Notes under the pieces: generated by a model
Databases searched by the model: none
Told to the model about the DNA's origin: nothing
The model's input: only the letters and a program-made list of their open reading frames with translations
Assembly: GCA_964483785.1 (NCBI GenBank)
Contig: CAZACW010000002.1
Span: 16,666 to 80,665 of the forward strand
Direction: 5' to 3'
DNA length: 64,000 bases
DNA from: an uncultured Planctomycetales bacterium
GTDB lineage: Bacteria > Omnitrophota > Gorgyraeia > Zapsychrales > Fredricksoniimonadaceae
In this document: positions 9,648 through 19,324 of the stretch, one piece after another
Layout: each line of letters opens with the position of its first letter
Numbering within the stretch: the stretch's first letter is position 1
Position numbers and translations under genes: made by a program

Positions 9648-10205
9648 ATGAATCCTCCTCAAGACTCCTTAGACGAACGGGAATTTGAATTGGTCAATAT
9701 CGTAGGCGCCGAACTCGGTGCCAATCAACGGGTTTTGTCCAAGCAATTGGATATTTCCCTTGGCATGACCAATATGCTGATCCGCCGTTTGGTCTCCAAG
9801 GGCTATATCCGCATCCGGCAGTTAAACAAGAAAAAGACCCAGTATATCCTCACCCCCAAAGGCTTTGCCGAAAAATACCAAAAATCCATCCGTTATACCT
9901 TAAAAACCATCCGCTCCATCGGCCTGATCCGCAATCAGTTAAACATCGTCATCCAGCGTCTTTATCAGGACGGGGAAAGGGTCTTTTTTATCCTCGGCAG
10001 TTCAGACCTGGCGGAATTGGTGGAAATGTCCCTTAGACAGCCCCAATGGGAGGGCGTGCAATTTAGCCGCGTGGAGGCAATTTCCGGCCATCCCGAAGGG
10101 GTGATCTTAATTTGCAGGGAGCAGGTCGAGGCTGTACCGTCAACCCCGGGCCGCTATGTCGATTTACTCAAGGAGCTGGCCAGCCAAAACAGGGAAGGAA
10201 TATGA
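9648..10205 (+). CDS. Winged-helix MarR-type regulator, EPS-locus associated
   Basis: 'NQRVLSKQLDISLGMTNMLIRRLVSKGYI.....NKKK..YILTPKG' motif; ATG 9648 preferred over TTG 9636, which lies inside the operator. Confidence 0.88.
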   Translation: MNPPQDSLDEREFELVNIVGAELGANQRVLSKQLDISLGMTNMLIRRLVSKGYIRIRQLNKKKTQYILTPKGFAEKYQKSIRYTLKTIRSIGLIRNQLNIVIQRLYQDGERVFFILGSSDLAELVEMSLRQPQWEGVQFSRVEAISGHPEGVILICREQVEAVPSTPGRYVDLLKELASQNREGI

Positions 10206-12274
10206 TGATGCCAAAATCCGTTCCGGTTTCCTTTGTCGATTTTTCGCACACCGGCAAGACCATTGACACCCGGTTTTTCCCGTTGGGTGTGGCCTATGTG
10301 GCGGCCTATGCCAAGGAGCTGTTTAAGGAGCTCATCGACGTGGCCATTTACAAATATCCCAATGAATATTCCGCTTATTTGGACCAGACCATCCCCCAGG
10401 TGGCCTGCTTTTCCAATTTTTCCTGGAATTTCCGGCTGGGCTATGAATACGCGCGCCAGATCAAATTAAAATCCCCGCAGTCGATCACGGTCTTCGGCGG
10501 CCCCAATTACGGCCACCTGCCCCAAGAGCAGGAACAATTCCTCAAAGACCATCCCTACATCGATTTTTACATCGTGGAAGAAGGCGAATTCACTTTCGCC
10601 GCCCTGCTTAAGGAATTGATCGCGCGTGATTTTAACATCGATGCGCTCCTGCAGGACCGCCCCGGCCTGCCGGGGATCCATTATTTCAAGAACGGCTCAT
10701 TTACGCGCAATGACACCCAGCCGCGCATTCAGGAGCTGTCCGTGATCCCCTCGCCCATCCTCAACGGCATGATGGACAAATTTATCGCTGAAGAGTATAT
10801 CCCCATGATCCAGACCACCCGGGGCTGTCCCTATTCCTGCACCTTCTGCCATGACGGCAATGTGTACCAGAATAAACTGAAGCGTTTCCCCACGTCGCGC
10901 TACCAGGAGGAGATTGAATATATCGCCCGGCGCACCAAGGTGCCGCATCTGATGATCACGGACTTGAATTTCGGGATCTTTGAGGAGGATTTTGAGACCG
11001 CCCAGTTTATCGCAGAGATCAAAAAGAAATACCAATGGCCGCAGACCGTGGATTTGACCGCGGCCAAGAACAACAAGGAGCGCATCGGCCGCATCGTCGA
11101 GCTTTTCGGCAACACCTATCTCATGGGCGCCTCGGTGCAGTCCACGGACCCCGAGGTCCTGACCGCCATCAAAAGGTCCAATCTGCCCTTTGAGGAATTG
11201 GTGAGGATGGCCAAGAAATCCGCCCAATTCGGGGGCAACAGCTATTCCGAGGTGATTCTCTGCCTGCCGGGCGATTCCAAAAGGGCACATTTTAAGTCGG
11301 TCCTGGATTTGATGGACGGGCACATGGATGAGGTGCGCATGTACCAGTTCATTTTGCTCGCCGGCACCGCCGGCGGCTCCAACGAGGCCAGGCTGAAATA
11401 CGGGTATAAGACCAAATGGCGGGCCTTGCCGCGCTGTTTCGGCAAATACAAGATCTTCGGCCGGGAATTTCCCATCGCGGAAATCCATGAGGTCTGCATC
11501 GAGCACAAGACCATGAGCCATCAGGATTATTTGGACTGCCGCAAATTAAACCTGATCGTCGAGATTTTCAACAACGGCAAGGTCTTCGGCGAATTGTTCA
11601 GGTTCTCCGATTATCTGGGCATGTCCCGGGCCACCATCATCCAGGAAATTTACAACCGCGCCGTGAAAGACCAGGGGGAGATGGGGAAAATTTTCAGGGA
11701 TTTCGAGGAGAGCGAGGAAAAGAGCTTTTTCCCGTCGCGCCAGGCCCTGGAAGATTTTATTGCTGTACCGGAAAATATCGACCGCTATTTAAGGGGCGAG
11801 ATCGGCATCAATCAGATCATGACCTTTCGCGGGGAGGCGCTGTTGAACCATTTTGACTATAACGCCCGGCTGATCTTTGATGTGGTGCGCGATGAGCTTA
11901 AAAAGACCAATCAGTGGGACGAGGTCAAGGCCCTGTATTTGGATGAGCTGTGCGCCTACATCCTGGCCTGCCGCGGCGATCTTTTGAGCATCGACAAGGA
12001 GATCGTGAAAACCTGCCATTTTGATTTCGTCAAACTGTACCTGGACAATTTCACGGCCAATCCGAAGGACGTGATGGTCCAGGAAGGCATCCAGATCATC
12101 ATCGGGCATTCGCCTGAGCGGCGCAGGGAAATCGAGGAGAATTTGAAATTATACGGGCGTTCCGGCGAGGGCCTGGGCCATTACATGCAGCGCGGGAATA
12201 TTTTCAGGCTTTACCGCGAGCCGCGCTACGCACACGCGCCCATGCTGAAGGCCCAAGGGGCCGAGGTCAATTAA
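10202..12274 (+). CDS. Cobalamin-binding radical SAM protein
   Basis: N-terminal 'PLGVAYVAAY...GGP...EGE' B12 domain; RGCPYSCTFC; ATGA overlap with marR. Confidence 0.88.
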   Translation: MMMPKSVPVSFVDFSHTGKTIDTRFFPLGVAYVAAYAKELFKELIDVAIYKYPNEYSAYLDQTIPQVACFSNFSWNFRLGYEYARQIKLKSPQSITVFGGPNYGHLPQEQEQFLKDHPYIDFYIVEEGEFTFAALLKELIARDFNIDALLQDRPGLPGIHYFKNGSFTRNDTQPRIQELSVIPSPILNGMMDKFIAEEYIPMIQTTRGCPYSCTFCHDGNVYQNKLKRFPTSRYQEEIEYIARRTKVPHLMITDLNFGIFEEDFETAQFIAEIKKKYQWPQTVDLTAAKNNKERIGRIVELFGNTYLMGASVQSTDPEVLTAIKRSNLPFEELVRMAKKSAQFGGNSYSEVILCLPGDSKRAHFKSVLDLMDGHMDEVRMYQFILLAGTAGGSNEARLKYGYKTKWRALPRCFGKYKIFGREFPIAEIHEVCIEHKTMSHQDYLDCRKLNLIVEIFNNGKVFGELFRFSDYLGMSRATIIQEIYNRAVKDQGEMGKIFRDFEESEEKSFFPSRQALEDFIAVPENIDRYLRGEIGINQIMTFRGEALLNHFDYNARLIFDVVRDELKKTNQWDEVKALYLDELCAYILACRGDLLSIDKEIVKTCHFDFVKLYLDNFTANPKDVMVQEGIQIIIGHSPERRREIEENLKLYGRSGEGLGHYMQRGNIFRLYREPRYAHAPMLKAQGAEVN

Positions 12275-13273
12275 ATGGGCCAAAACGTTTTAGTGACAGG
12301 CGGGGCAGGGTTTATCGGCAGTCATGTGGTGGACCGTCTCTTAAGCGGCGGGCACAAGGTCACAGTCATCGATAATCTCTCAACCGGCCGCTGGGCGAAT
12401 ATCGAGCATCATCAGGCCAATCCGGATTTGACCTTTATCGAGGCGGATATCGCTGACTTTAACGCCATCGAAGGGCATTTTAAGGGCCAGCAGGTCGTTT
12501 TTCATCTGGCGGCCCTGGCAGATATTGTGCCGTCGATCGTCAACCCCCGGGGATATTATGCCGCCAATGTTTTAGGCACCATGCATGTACTGGAAGCTTC
12601 CAGGCTCCATGGGGTGGGCAGGTTTGTTTATACAGCTTCTTCATCGTGCTACGGCATTCCGGCCAAGGAGCATTACCCCACGGCGGAAACAGCGCCCATC
12701 CACACGGAATATCCTTACGCGCTGACCAAATACTTAGGAGAAACAACGGCCTTTCATTGGGCCAAGGTGTACAAACTGCCGGTGGTTTCTTTAAGACTTT
12801 TCAATGTTTACGGCCCGCGTGCGCGCACCTCAGGCACCTACGGCGCGGTGTTCGGCGTATTCCTGACCCAAAAGCTCAACGCCAAACCCTATACGGTGGT
12901 CGGCGACGGCCAACAGACCCGTGATTTCATCTATGTCAGCGACGTGGCCGAGGCTTTTGTTGCCGCCGGATTTTCCGCGGTGCAGGGAGCAATTTTCAAC
13001 GTAGGCACGGGCAAGCCGCAAAGCATCAATCATTTGGTGTCCCTGCTGGGAGGCGCAAAGGTGCATATCCCCAAAAGGCCGGGCGAGCCGGAATGCACCT
13101 GGGCGGATATCCGCAAGATCCAGGCCCAACTGGGTTTCACCCCCAAGGTCTCATTTGAAGACGGGGTGCAGAAAATTTTGAAACACATCGACTATTGGCG
13201 CGAGGCCCCGGTTTGGACGCCGCAGAGCATTCAGGAAGCGACCCAGGACTGGTTTAAATACCTCGTCCGGTAA
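12275..13273 (+). CDS. NAD-dependent sugar epimerase/dehydratase (extended SDR)
   Basis: TGGAGFIG, YALTK, FNVYGP. Confidence 0.92.
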   Translation: MGQNVLVTGGAGFIGSHVVDRLLSGGHKVTVIDNLSTGRWANIEHHQANPDLTFIEADIADFNAIEGHFKGQQVVFHLAALADIVPSIVNPRGYYAANVLGTMHVLEASRLHGVGRFVYTASSSCYGIPAKEHYPTAETAPIHTEYPYALTKYLGETTAFHWAKVYKLPVVSLRLFNVYGPRARTSGTYGAVFGVFLTQKLNAKPYTVVGDGQQTRDFIYVSDVAEAFVAAGFSAVQGAIFNVGTGKPQSINHLVSLLGGAKVHIPKRPGEPECTWADIRKIQAQLGFTPKVSFEDGVQKILKHIDYWREAPVWTPQSIQEATQDWFKYLVR

Positions 13274-13310
13274 GCGATGATTATGGGCATTTGTTTGGTT
13301 CTTTTTGCTT

Positions 13311-13398
13311 CTCATCGGGTGGCCGAGGGAGGGGTCTACCCGCCGCGCGCAGGCTTTTGCGAGCACGGCGGGGAAACCCGAGGCCAGGACCCGATGAG
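13311..13398 (-). other. 88-bp rod-like intergenic stem-loop (structured RNA or small repeat element)
   Basis: ctcatcgggt/acccgatgag 10-bp closing stem, with inner ggcc/ggcc, gggtct/aaaccc and cccgccg/cggcggg stems; C-A mismatches become G-U pairs on the minus strand. Confidence 0.5.
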
Positions 13399-13439
13399 TT
13401 GCTGAACAGGATCGACTAAGGAAAGGACAATACACCATC

Positions 13440-14465
13440 ATGAACAAGATCAAGACGGTTTTAGTGACAGGCGGGGCCGGGTACGTCGGAGCGGTGCTGG
13501 TGCCGAAGCTTTTGGACAAAGGGTACACGGTCAAGGTGCTGGATTTGTACACCTATGGCGAGGATATTTTCGATGAGATCAAGGACAGGTCCAAGTTGGT
13601 CGAAATCAAGGGCGATATCTGCGACCAGGCCCTGCTGCGTCAATCTTTGCAAGGAACTGATGCGGTCATCCATCTGGCCTGCATTTCCAATGATCCTTCC
13701 TTTGAATTGAACCCGGAATTAAGTTTGAAGGTCAATTATGAGGCCTTTGAGCCCTTGGTCAAGATCAGCCGGGAAAGCGGGGTGAAGCGCTTCATTTACG
13801 CTTCCACCTGCAGCGTCTACGGCGTCAGCGACGCGCCCGAGGTGACCGAAGACCATCCGCTTCTGCCTATTACGGATTACAACAAGTATAAGGGCCTCTG
13901 CGAACCGATCTTGGCCCGCTACCAGTCCCCGGATTTTACCACCATCACCATCCGGCCGGCCACGGTCTGCGGCTATTCGCCCCGTCAGCGCTTTGATCTG
14001 ACGGTCAATATTCTGACTAATCATGCCTATCATAACAACCGCATCAAGGTCTTTGGCGGCAAGCAGGAGCGCCCCAATATCCATATCGGCGATATCACCA
14101 ACCTTTATGTGCAATTGTTGGAACTGCCCGAGGCCAAGATCGCCGGCAAGATCTACAACGCCGGCTTTCAAAACCGCGCGGTGGCGGATATCGCCCTCAT
14201 CGTGCAGAAGATCATGGCCCAGGAATTTCCGCAGAGGCCCCAGGCCGTGATCGAGACCGTGCCTTCGGATGATATCCGCTCCTACCGGATCTCCTCGGAG
14301 AAGATCAAAAGGGAGCTGGGGTTTGTGCCCGCATTTACCATCGAGGACGCGGTGAAGGACCTGATCAAAGCGTTGAAGGCTGGAAAATACCAGGACCCCA
14401 TGAACAATCCGCGCTATTTCAACATCAAGATGCTTAAATCCATGGAAGCGCAGGCCCAGGTTTAA
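13440..14465 (+). CDS. NAD-dependent sugar epimerase/dehydratase
   Basis: TGGAGYVG, HLACISNDPS, YNKYK, RPATVCG. Confidence 0.92.
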   Translation: MNKIKTVLVTGGAGYVGAVLVPKLLDKGYTVKVLDLYTYGEDIFDEIKDRSKLVEIKGDICDQALLRQSLQGTDAVIHLACISNDPSFELNPELSLKVNYEAFEPLVKISRESGVKRFIYASTCSVYGVSDAPEVTEDHPLLPITDYNKYKGLCEPILARYQSPDFTTITIRPATVCGYSPRQRFDLTVNILTNHAYHNNRIKVFGGKQERPNIHIGDITNLYVQLLELPEAKIAGKIYNAGFQNRAVADIALIVQKIMAQEFPQRPQAVIETVPSDDIRSYRISSEKIKRELGFVPAFTIEDAVKDLIKALKAGKYQDPMNNPRYFNIKMLKSMEAQAQV

Positions 14466-14475
14466 AGGACCCTTT

Positions 14476-16011
14476 ATGGACGAGAAAATCAGCAGAAAAA
14501 TCCTGCCGCTCAAAGAGCTGGCCAAACGCATCGAGGACAATAAGGCCAAGGGCCGCAAGGTGGTGCAGTGCCACGGGGTTTTTGACATCGTGCATCTGGG
14601 CCATGTGCGCCATTTTAACATGGCCAAAAAAGAGGGGGATGTCCTTTTGGTCACCCTCACCGCCGACCGTTTTGTCAAGCGGGGGCCGGGCCGGCCGATC
14701 TTCAATGAGGCCCTGCGCGCCGAGCATTTGGCCTCCTTGGCCATGGTGGATTTTGTCGGCATCATCGAGTCGGCGACGGCCACGGAATGCATCAAGATCC
14801 TCAAGCCCAATTTTTACGCCAAGGGCGTTGAATACAAAAACCACAGCCAGGACATCACGGGCAAGATCTCCGAGGAAGAAGAGGCCATCCAGTCCGTCGG
14901 CGGCAAGGTCGTCTACACCGATGATATCACCTTCAGCTCTTCCCAGATCATCAACTCGTACCTGGACGTGTTTCCTCAGCGGACCGTGCGCTATCTGCAG
15001 GCCATTGAGAAGCGTTTCCCCATTGAAACGATCATCGCCTCGATCGAGAAGATCAAAAGACTCAAGGCCCTGGTGATCGGGGATGCCATTATCGATGAGT
15101 ACCATTACTGCGTGCCCATGGGCAAGTCCTCCAAGGAACATTTGGTGGTCAACCGCTACACCTCCGAAGAGATGTTTGCCGGCGGAAGTCTGGCCACGGC
15201 CAATAATGTGGCCAGCATCTGCGGCCAGGTGGATTTGGTCACCATCCTGGGCCGGGAGAACACCAAGGAAGATTTCATCCGCAGCCGCCTGGCGCCCAAT
15301 GTCAAGCCGCGCTTCTTCTATCGGCCGGACACCAATACCATCATCAAGCGCCGTTTTGTCGGCGAGAACGCCAACCGCAAGCTCTTTGAAATCTGTTACA
15401 TGAAGGACAATGATATTGCCAGGAGGGAAGAATCCAATATCGCCCGGCACTTGGACAAGGTGATCGCGGATTATGATGTGGTGATCGTCTCGGATTTCGG
15501 CCACGGCCTTTTGACTAAGAATCTGATTGACCTGATCTGCGCCAAGTCCAAATACCTGGCGGTGAATGCCCAGACCAACAGCGCCAATATCGGCTTTAAT
15601 ATGGTCACCAAATATCCGCGGGCCAACTGCGTCTGCATCGACGAGCTGGAACTGCGCTTTGCCGCGCATGATAAATTCAACGATCTGCGCGAGCTGGCCA
15701 AGACCGTTTACAGCCAAATCGGCTGCCAATACATCATTGCCACCCGGGGCTCCTACGGGTCCCTGAGCTATTCCCAAGAGCATGGTTTCCATGAAACGCC
15801 GGCCTTTTCCTACCGTGTGGTGGATGCCATCGGCGCGGGGGACGCCTTTTTCGCCTTTGTGGCCCCGTGTTTTGCCAGCGGCATGCCGCAGGAACTGGTG
15901 TCCTTTATCGGCAACGCGGTGGGGTCCTTGGCTGTGCAGATCGTCTGCAACCGCGAACCGGTGAAGACCGTGGATTTGATCAAATTTATGACGAGATTGC
16001 TGAAATGCTAA
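14476..16011 (+). CDS. Bifunctional cytidylyltransferase-like + PfkB sugar kinase (HldE-like, nucleotidyltransferase domain first)
   Basis: HGVFDIVHLGH (HxGH) at the N-terminus; DAIGAGDAF PfkB motif at the C-terminus. Confidence 0.88.
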   Translation: MDEKISRKILPLKELAKRIEDNKAKGRKVVQCHGVFDIVHLGHVRHFNMAKKEGDVLLVTLTADRFVKRGPGRPIFNEALRAEHLASLAMVDFVGIIESATATECIKILKPNFYAKGVEYKNHSQDITGKISEEEEAIQSVGGKVVYTDDITFSSSQIINSYLDVFPQRTVRYLQAIEKRFPIETIIASIEKIKRLKALVIGDAIIDEYHYCVPMGKSSKEHLVVNRYTSEEMFAGGSLATANNVASICGQVDLVTILGRENTKEDFIRSRLAPNVKPRFFYRPDTNTIIKRRFVGENANRKLFEICYMKDNDIARREESNIARHLDKVIADYDVVIVSDFGHGLLTKNLIDLICAKSKYLAVNAQTNSANIGFNMVTKYPRANCVCIDELELRFAAHDKFNDLRELAKTVYSQIGCQYIIATRGSYGSLSYSQEHGFHETPAFSYRVVDAIGAGDAFFAFVAPCFASGMPQELVSFIGNAVGSLAVQIVCNREPVKTVDLIKFMTRLLKC

Positions 16012-17132
16012 ACAAAATCAAAATTCCCTATACGCATTTGGGGGCCCAGCACGCTAGGATCAAGCAGAGGCTGATGGCGGCCGTGGAAGAGGTCTTGGAA
16101 AGCGGCAAATTCATCCTGGGCCCGCCGGTCGAGGCCTTTGAGGCCCGCTTCGCGTCATTGTGCGGCAGGAAATTTGCCGTCGGCGTCGGCAACGGCACGG
16201 ACGCCCTGGTCCTGGCCTTAAAAATTTTAGGCATCGGGCCCGGCGATGAAGTGATCACCGTGGCCAATACCTTTGTTTCAACGGTCAGCAGTATTGTGAT
16301 GGCAGGGGCAAGGCCGGTATTCGTCGATGTCCGGGACGATTACAATATCGACCCTGGTCTCGTCGAGAAGGCCATCACCCCTCGGACCAAGGCCATTTTA
16401 CCCGTGCATTTGACCGGCCGGCCGGCGGACATGGACCCGCTCATGGCCCTGGCCAGGCAGTACGGCTTGAAGGTGGTCGAAGACTGTGCCCAGGCCGTCG
16501 GCGCCCAGTATAAGGGCCAGAAGGTTGGCAGTTTCAGCGATATCGCGTGCTTTAGCCTTCATCCTTTGAAAATCCTCAATGCCTGCGGCGACGGCGGGGT
16601 GATGGTCACGGATAATCCGCAATATGAGGCTGCATGCAGGGTCCTGCGCGATAACGGCATGAAGGACCGCGGTGAATGCGCGGCCTTTTCCAGCAATTCC
16701 AGGCTGGACTCCATCCAGGCCGCCATTTTGCTGGTGAAAATGGATTATATCGAGGCCTGGACCCAGAAGAGAATCGCCAACGCGCAATTCTACCAGCAGG
16801 CCTTGGCCAAGATGGAGCATATCCATTGTCCGGCTGACCAGCCTTACGTAAAATCCGTATACTCGTCCTTTGTGATCCAGGCCAAGCAGCGCGATCAGCT
16901 TAAAAGTTTTCTCGAGGAGAAGGGGATCGCCACCAAGATCCATTATCCCATCCCTGTGCATTTACAGCCTGCGGCGCAAAGCCTTGGCTACAGGCAGGGG
17001 GATTTGCCGGTGACGGAAAAACAAGCCCGGCAAATCCTAAGCCTTCCGGTTTATCCGGAGTTGACCCAGGAAGAACTTAAAGAAATTGTCCGGTTATTGG
17101 GGGCATTTGATCTGGAGAAAGTCAACGCATGA
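16005..17132 (+). CDS. DegT/DnrJ/EryC1/StrS sugar aminotransferase 1
   Basis: GTDAL, GPGDEVI, EDCAQ, SLHPLK (PLP lysine). Confidence 0.92.
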   Translation: MLNKIKIPYTHLGAQHARIKQRLMAAVEEVLESGKFILGPPVEAFEARFASLCGRKFAVGVGNGTDALVLALKILGIGPGDEVITVANTFVSTVSSIVMAGARPVFVDVRDDYNIDPGLVEKAITPRTKAILPVHLTGRPADMDPLMALARQYGLKVVEDCAQAVGAQYKGQKVGSFSDIACFSLHPLKILNACGDGGVMVTDNPQYEAACRVLRDNGMKDRGECAAFSSNSRLDSIQAAILLVKMDYIEAWTQKRIANAQFYQQALAKMEHIHCPADQPYVKSVYSSFVIQAKQRDQLKSFLEEKGIATKIHYPIPVHLQPAAQSLGYRQGDLPVTEKQARQILSLPVYPELTQEELKEIVRLLGAFDLEKVNA

Positions 17133-18232
17133 AGGTGCCTTATTCGTATTTAAAAGAGCAATTCGCCGATATCAGCCCGTATTTAAACGGGATGAAAAAA
17201 TTGGTGCGAAGCGAGGATTTGACCCTGGGCAAGCCGGTCGGCGAGTTTGAAGGCCGCTTCGCCAAACTTACGGGCCTGCCCTATGCTGTGGGTGTTAGCA
17301 CCGGCACGGACGCGCTGATTTTGTCGTTGAAAATTTTAGGCATCGGGCCCGGGGATGAGGTGATCACCACCCCCAATACCTTTATCGCGACAGTGGGGGC
17401 CATTGCCATGACCGGCGCCAGGCCGGTGTTTGTGGATAATAACGACGAGCATACGATCGACGCGGATAAAATCGAGCGGGCCATAACCCGCCGCACCAAG
17501 GCCATCCTGCCCGTGCATTTAAGCGGAACGCCGGCGGATATGCCGGCCATCATGACCATTGCCCGCCGTCACGGCCTGCATGTCGTGGAGGACGCGGCCC
17601 AGGCCATCCTGGCCTCCATTGACGGCAAGCATGTCGGCTCCTGGGGAGCGGCCGCGGGTTTCAGCCTTCATCCGTTGAAAAATTTGAACGTCTGGGGCGA
17701 CGGAGGCATGATTGTGACGCGCTCCAAGTCCCTGTACCGGAAACTAAGGCTGCTGCGCAATCACGGCTTGGTCAGCCGGGACAAGGTGGAATTCTTCGGC
17801 CATAATTGCCGCCTGGATTCCCTGCAAGCCGTGATCGCCAACCGCCTGATCACGCAGGCCCATGCGATCACCCAGCGGCGCATACGCCATGCCGAGTTTT
17901 ATGACCGCGCGTTAAGTTCCTTGTCCGGGGCCATCAAGGTGCCGCCCCGGCGCAAGAACGTGCAGAGGGTCTACCATACCTATGTCATCCATGCCAGGCG
18001 CCGCGATGCGTTGTTAAAATATCTGCTGGCCAAGGGCATCAGCGCCAAGGTGCATTATCCGATACCCTTGCACCTGCAAAAGGCGGCCAGGTATTTGGGT
18101 TATAAAAAAGGGGATTTTCCCGTCTGTGAAGCGCATTGCAGGGACATCATCACCCTGCCGGTGCACCAGCATCTGACCCAGGGTCAGCTGGATTATGTGA
18201 AGGACTGCATCCATCGGTTTTACCGAAGCTGA
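17129..18232 (+). CDS. DegT/DnrJ/EryC1/StrS sugar aminotransferase 2
   Basis: GTDAL, EDAAQ, SLHPLKNL. Confidence 0.92.
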   Translation: MKVPYSYLKEQFADISPYLNGMKKLVRSEDLTLGKPVGEFEGRFAKLTGLPYAVGVSTGTDALILSLKILGIGPGDEVITTPNTFIATVGAIAMTGARPVFVDNNDEHTIDADKIERAITRRTKAILPVHLSGTPADMPAIMTIARRHGLHVVEDAAQAILASIDGKHVGSWGAAAGFSLHPLKNLNVWGDGGMIVTRSKSLYRKLRLLRNHGLVSRDKVEFFGHNCRLDSLQAVIANRLITQAHAITQRRIRHAEFYDRALSSLSGAIKVPPRRKNVQRVYHTYVIHARRRDALLKYLLAKGISAKVHYPIPLHLQKAARYLGYKKGDFPVCEAHCRDIITLPVHQHLTQGQLDYVKDCIHRFYRS

Positions 18233-18250
18233 TTGTTGGGAGCCAAGGCC

Positions 18251-19324
18251 ATGAATACATCGTTAGCAGATAACAGCCAGTTGAGCGAAGAGCAGGTGAT
18301 CAAGGCGGCCCAGGAAGGCCTGGGGCAGAAGGTGCTGGCTGTTTCTAAAATCGGCAAGGGCAGAAACAGCAAGGTCTACCAGATTACATGCCCCGACGGG
18401 CAGTATGCGGCCAAATTTTATTTTCAACATGCTTCCGATACCCGTGACCGCATGGGCACGGAATACGGGAGTTTTTCATTTTTGTGGGAACAAGGCTTGC
18501 GGGTGGTGCCCAGGCCCGTGGCCTTGATCAAGTCCCAGGGCTGCGCCTTTTATGAATTTATTTGCGGTTCATCCATGGCCGGGGACAAGACCAAGGCAGA
18601 CGTGGATGCTGCCGCGGATTTTTTGGAAACCCTGGCCCGCTTGTCCGCCAAGGCCCAGAGCGGGGAATTTGCCGCGGCCTCGGCCGCCTGTTTCAGTTTC
18701 AATGATTGCGTGCAGAACATCCAGGGCCGGCTAGACCGCATCCAGATCCAGCAGGGCGCAGGGGAATATGATCTGCTGCACCGGTATCTGAGGGAAGAAT
18801 TCATCCCCTTGTTTAAGACAGTGTCCGCATGGTCCCTGGCTCATCTCCAGGAACAGGGGATCACCGGGGATCAGATCATCCCCAGGACGTACCAGACCTT
18901 GAGCCCGTCGGATTTTGGTTTCCACAATGCCCTGCGCCAAAGCGAAGGCAGGATCGTATTTTTGGATTTTGAATATTTCGGCTGGGATGATCCGGCTAAA
19001 ATGACCGCGGATTTTCTTTGGCACCCTAATCCCGCGATGAATTTGAAGGAAGACCTGAAAAACCATTTTGTCCGGCGCATGGCCGCGATTTTCGGCAAGG
19101 ACCCGCATTTTAAAACAAGATTGCAATGGCTTTATCCTGTCTTTGGCCTGATGTGGTCCTTGATCTGTTTAAACGAATTCATCACCGTGGACGCCCAGCG
19201 CCGCGGTTTTGCCCAGCCCCAGGTCAAAAACAGCAGCGCGGTGCGGCTGCAGCAGCTGGATGAGGCCAAACGCGTCAGCGACAAGATCAAACGCAGTTAT
19301 TTGGATTTTCCTTATGCCTACTAA
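18251..19324 (+). CDS. Aminoglycoside-phosphotransferase/choline-kinase-like protein
   Basis: 'SPSDFGFHN' and 'FLDFEYFGWDDP' APH-like motifs. Confidence 0.8.
   Translation: MNTSLADNSQLSEEQVIKAAQEGLGQKVLAVSKIGKGRNSKVYQITCPDGQYAAKFYFQHASDTRDRMGTEYGSFSFLWEQGLRVVPRPVALIKSQGCAFYEFICGSSMAGDKTKADVDAAADFLETLARLSAKAQSGEFAAASAACFSFNDCVQNIQGRLDRIQIQQGAGEYDLLHRYLREEFIPLFKTVSAWSLAHLQEQGITGDQIIPRTYQTLSPSDFGFHNALRQSEGRIVFLDFEYFGWDDPAKMTADFLWHPNPAMNLKEDLKNHFVRRMAAIFGKDPHFKTRLQWLYPVFGLMWSLICLNEFITVDAQRRGFAQPQVKNSSAVRLQQLDEAKRVSDKIKRSYLDFPYAY

Noticed and set aside
13719-15792. Long antisense ORFs (363 and 452 aa) and many similar shadow ORFs across the window
   Set aside because: They lie opposite well-supported genes; GC-rich codon bias suppresses stops on the antisense strand.
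16200-17700. DNA-level similarity between tandem DegT genes as a repeat element
   Set aside because: Confined to conserved protein motifs (LKILGIGPGDEVIT, FSLHPLK); ordinary paralogy.
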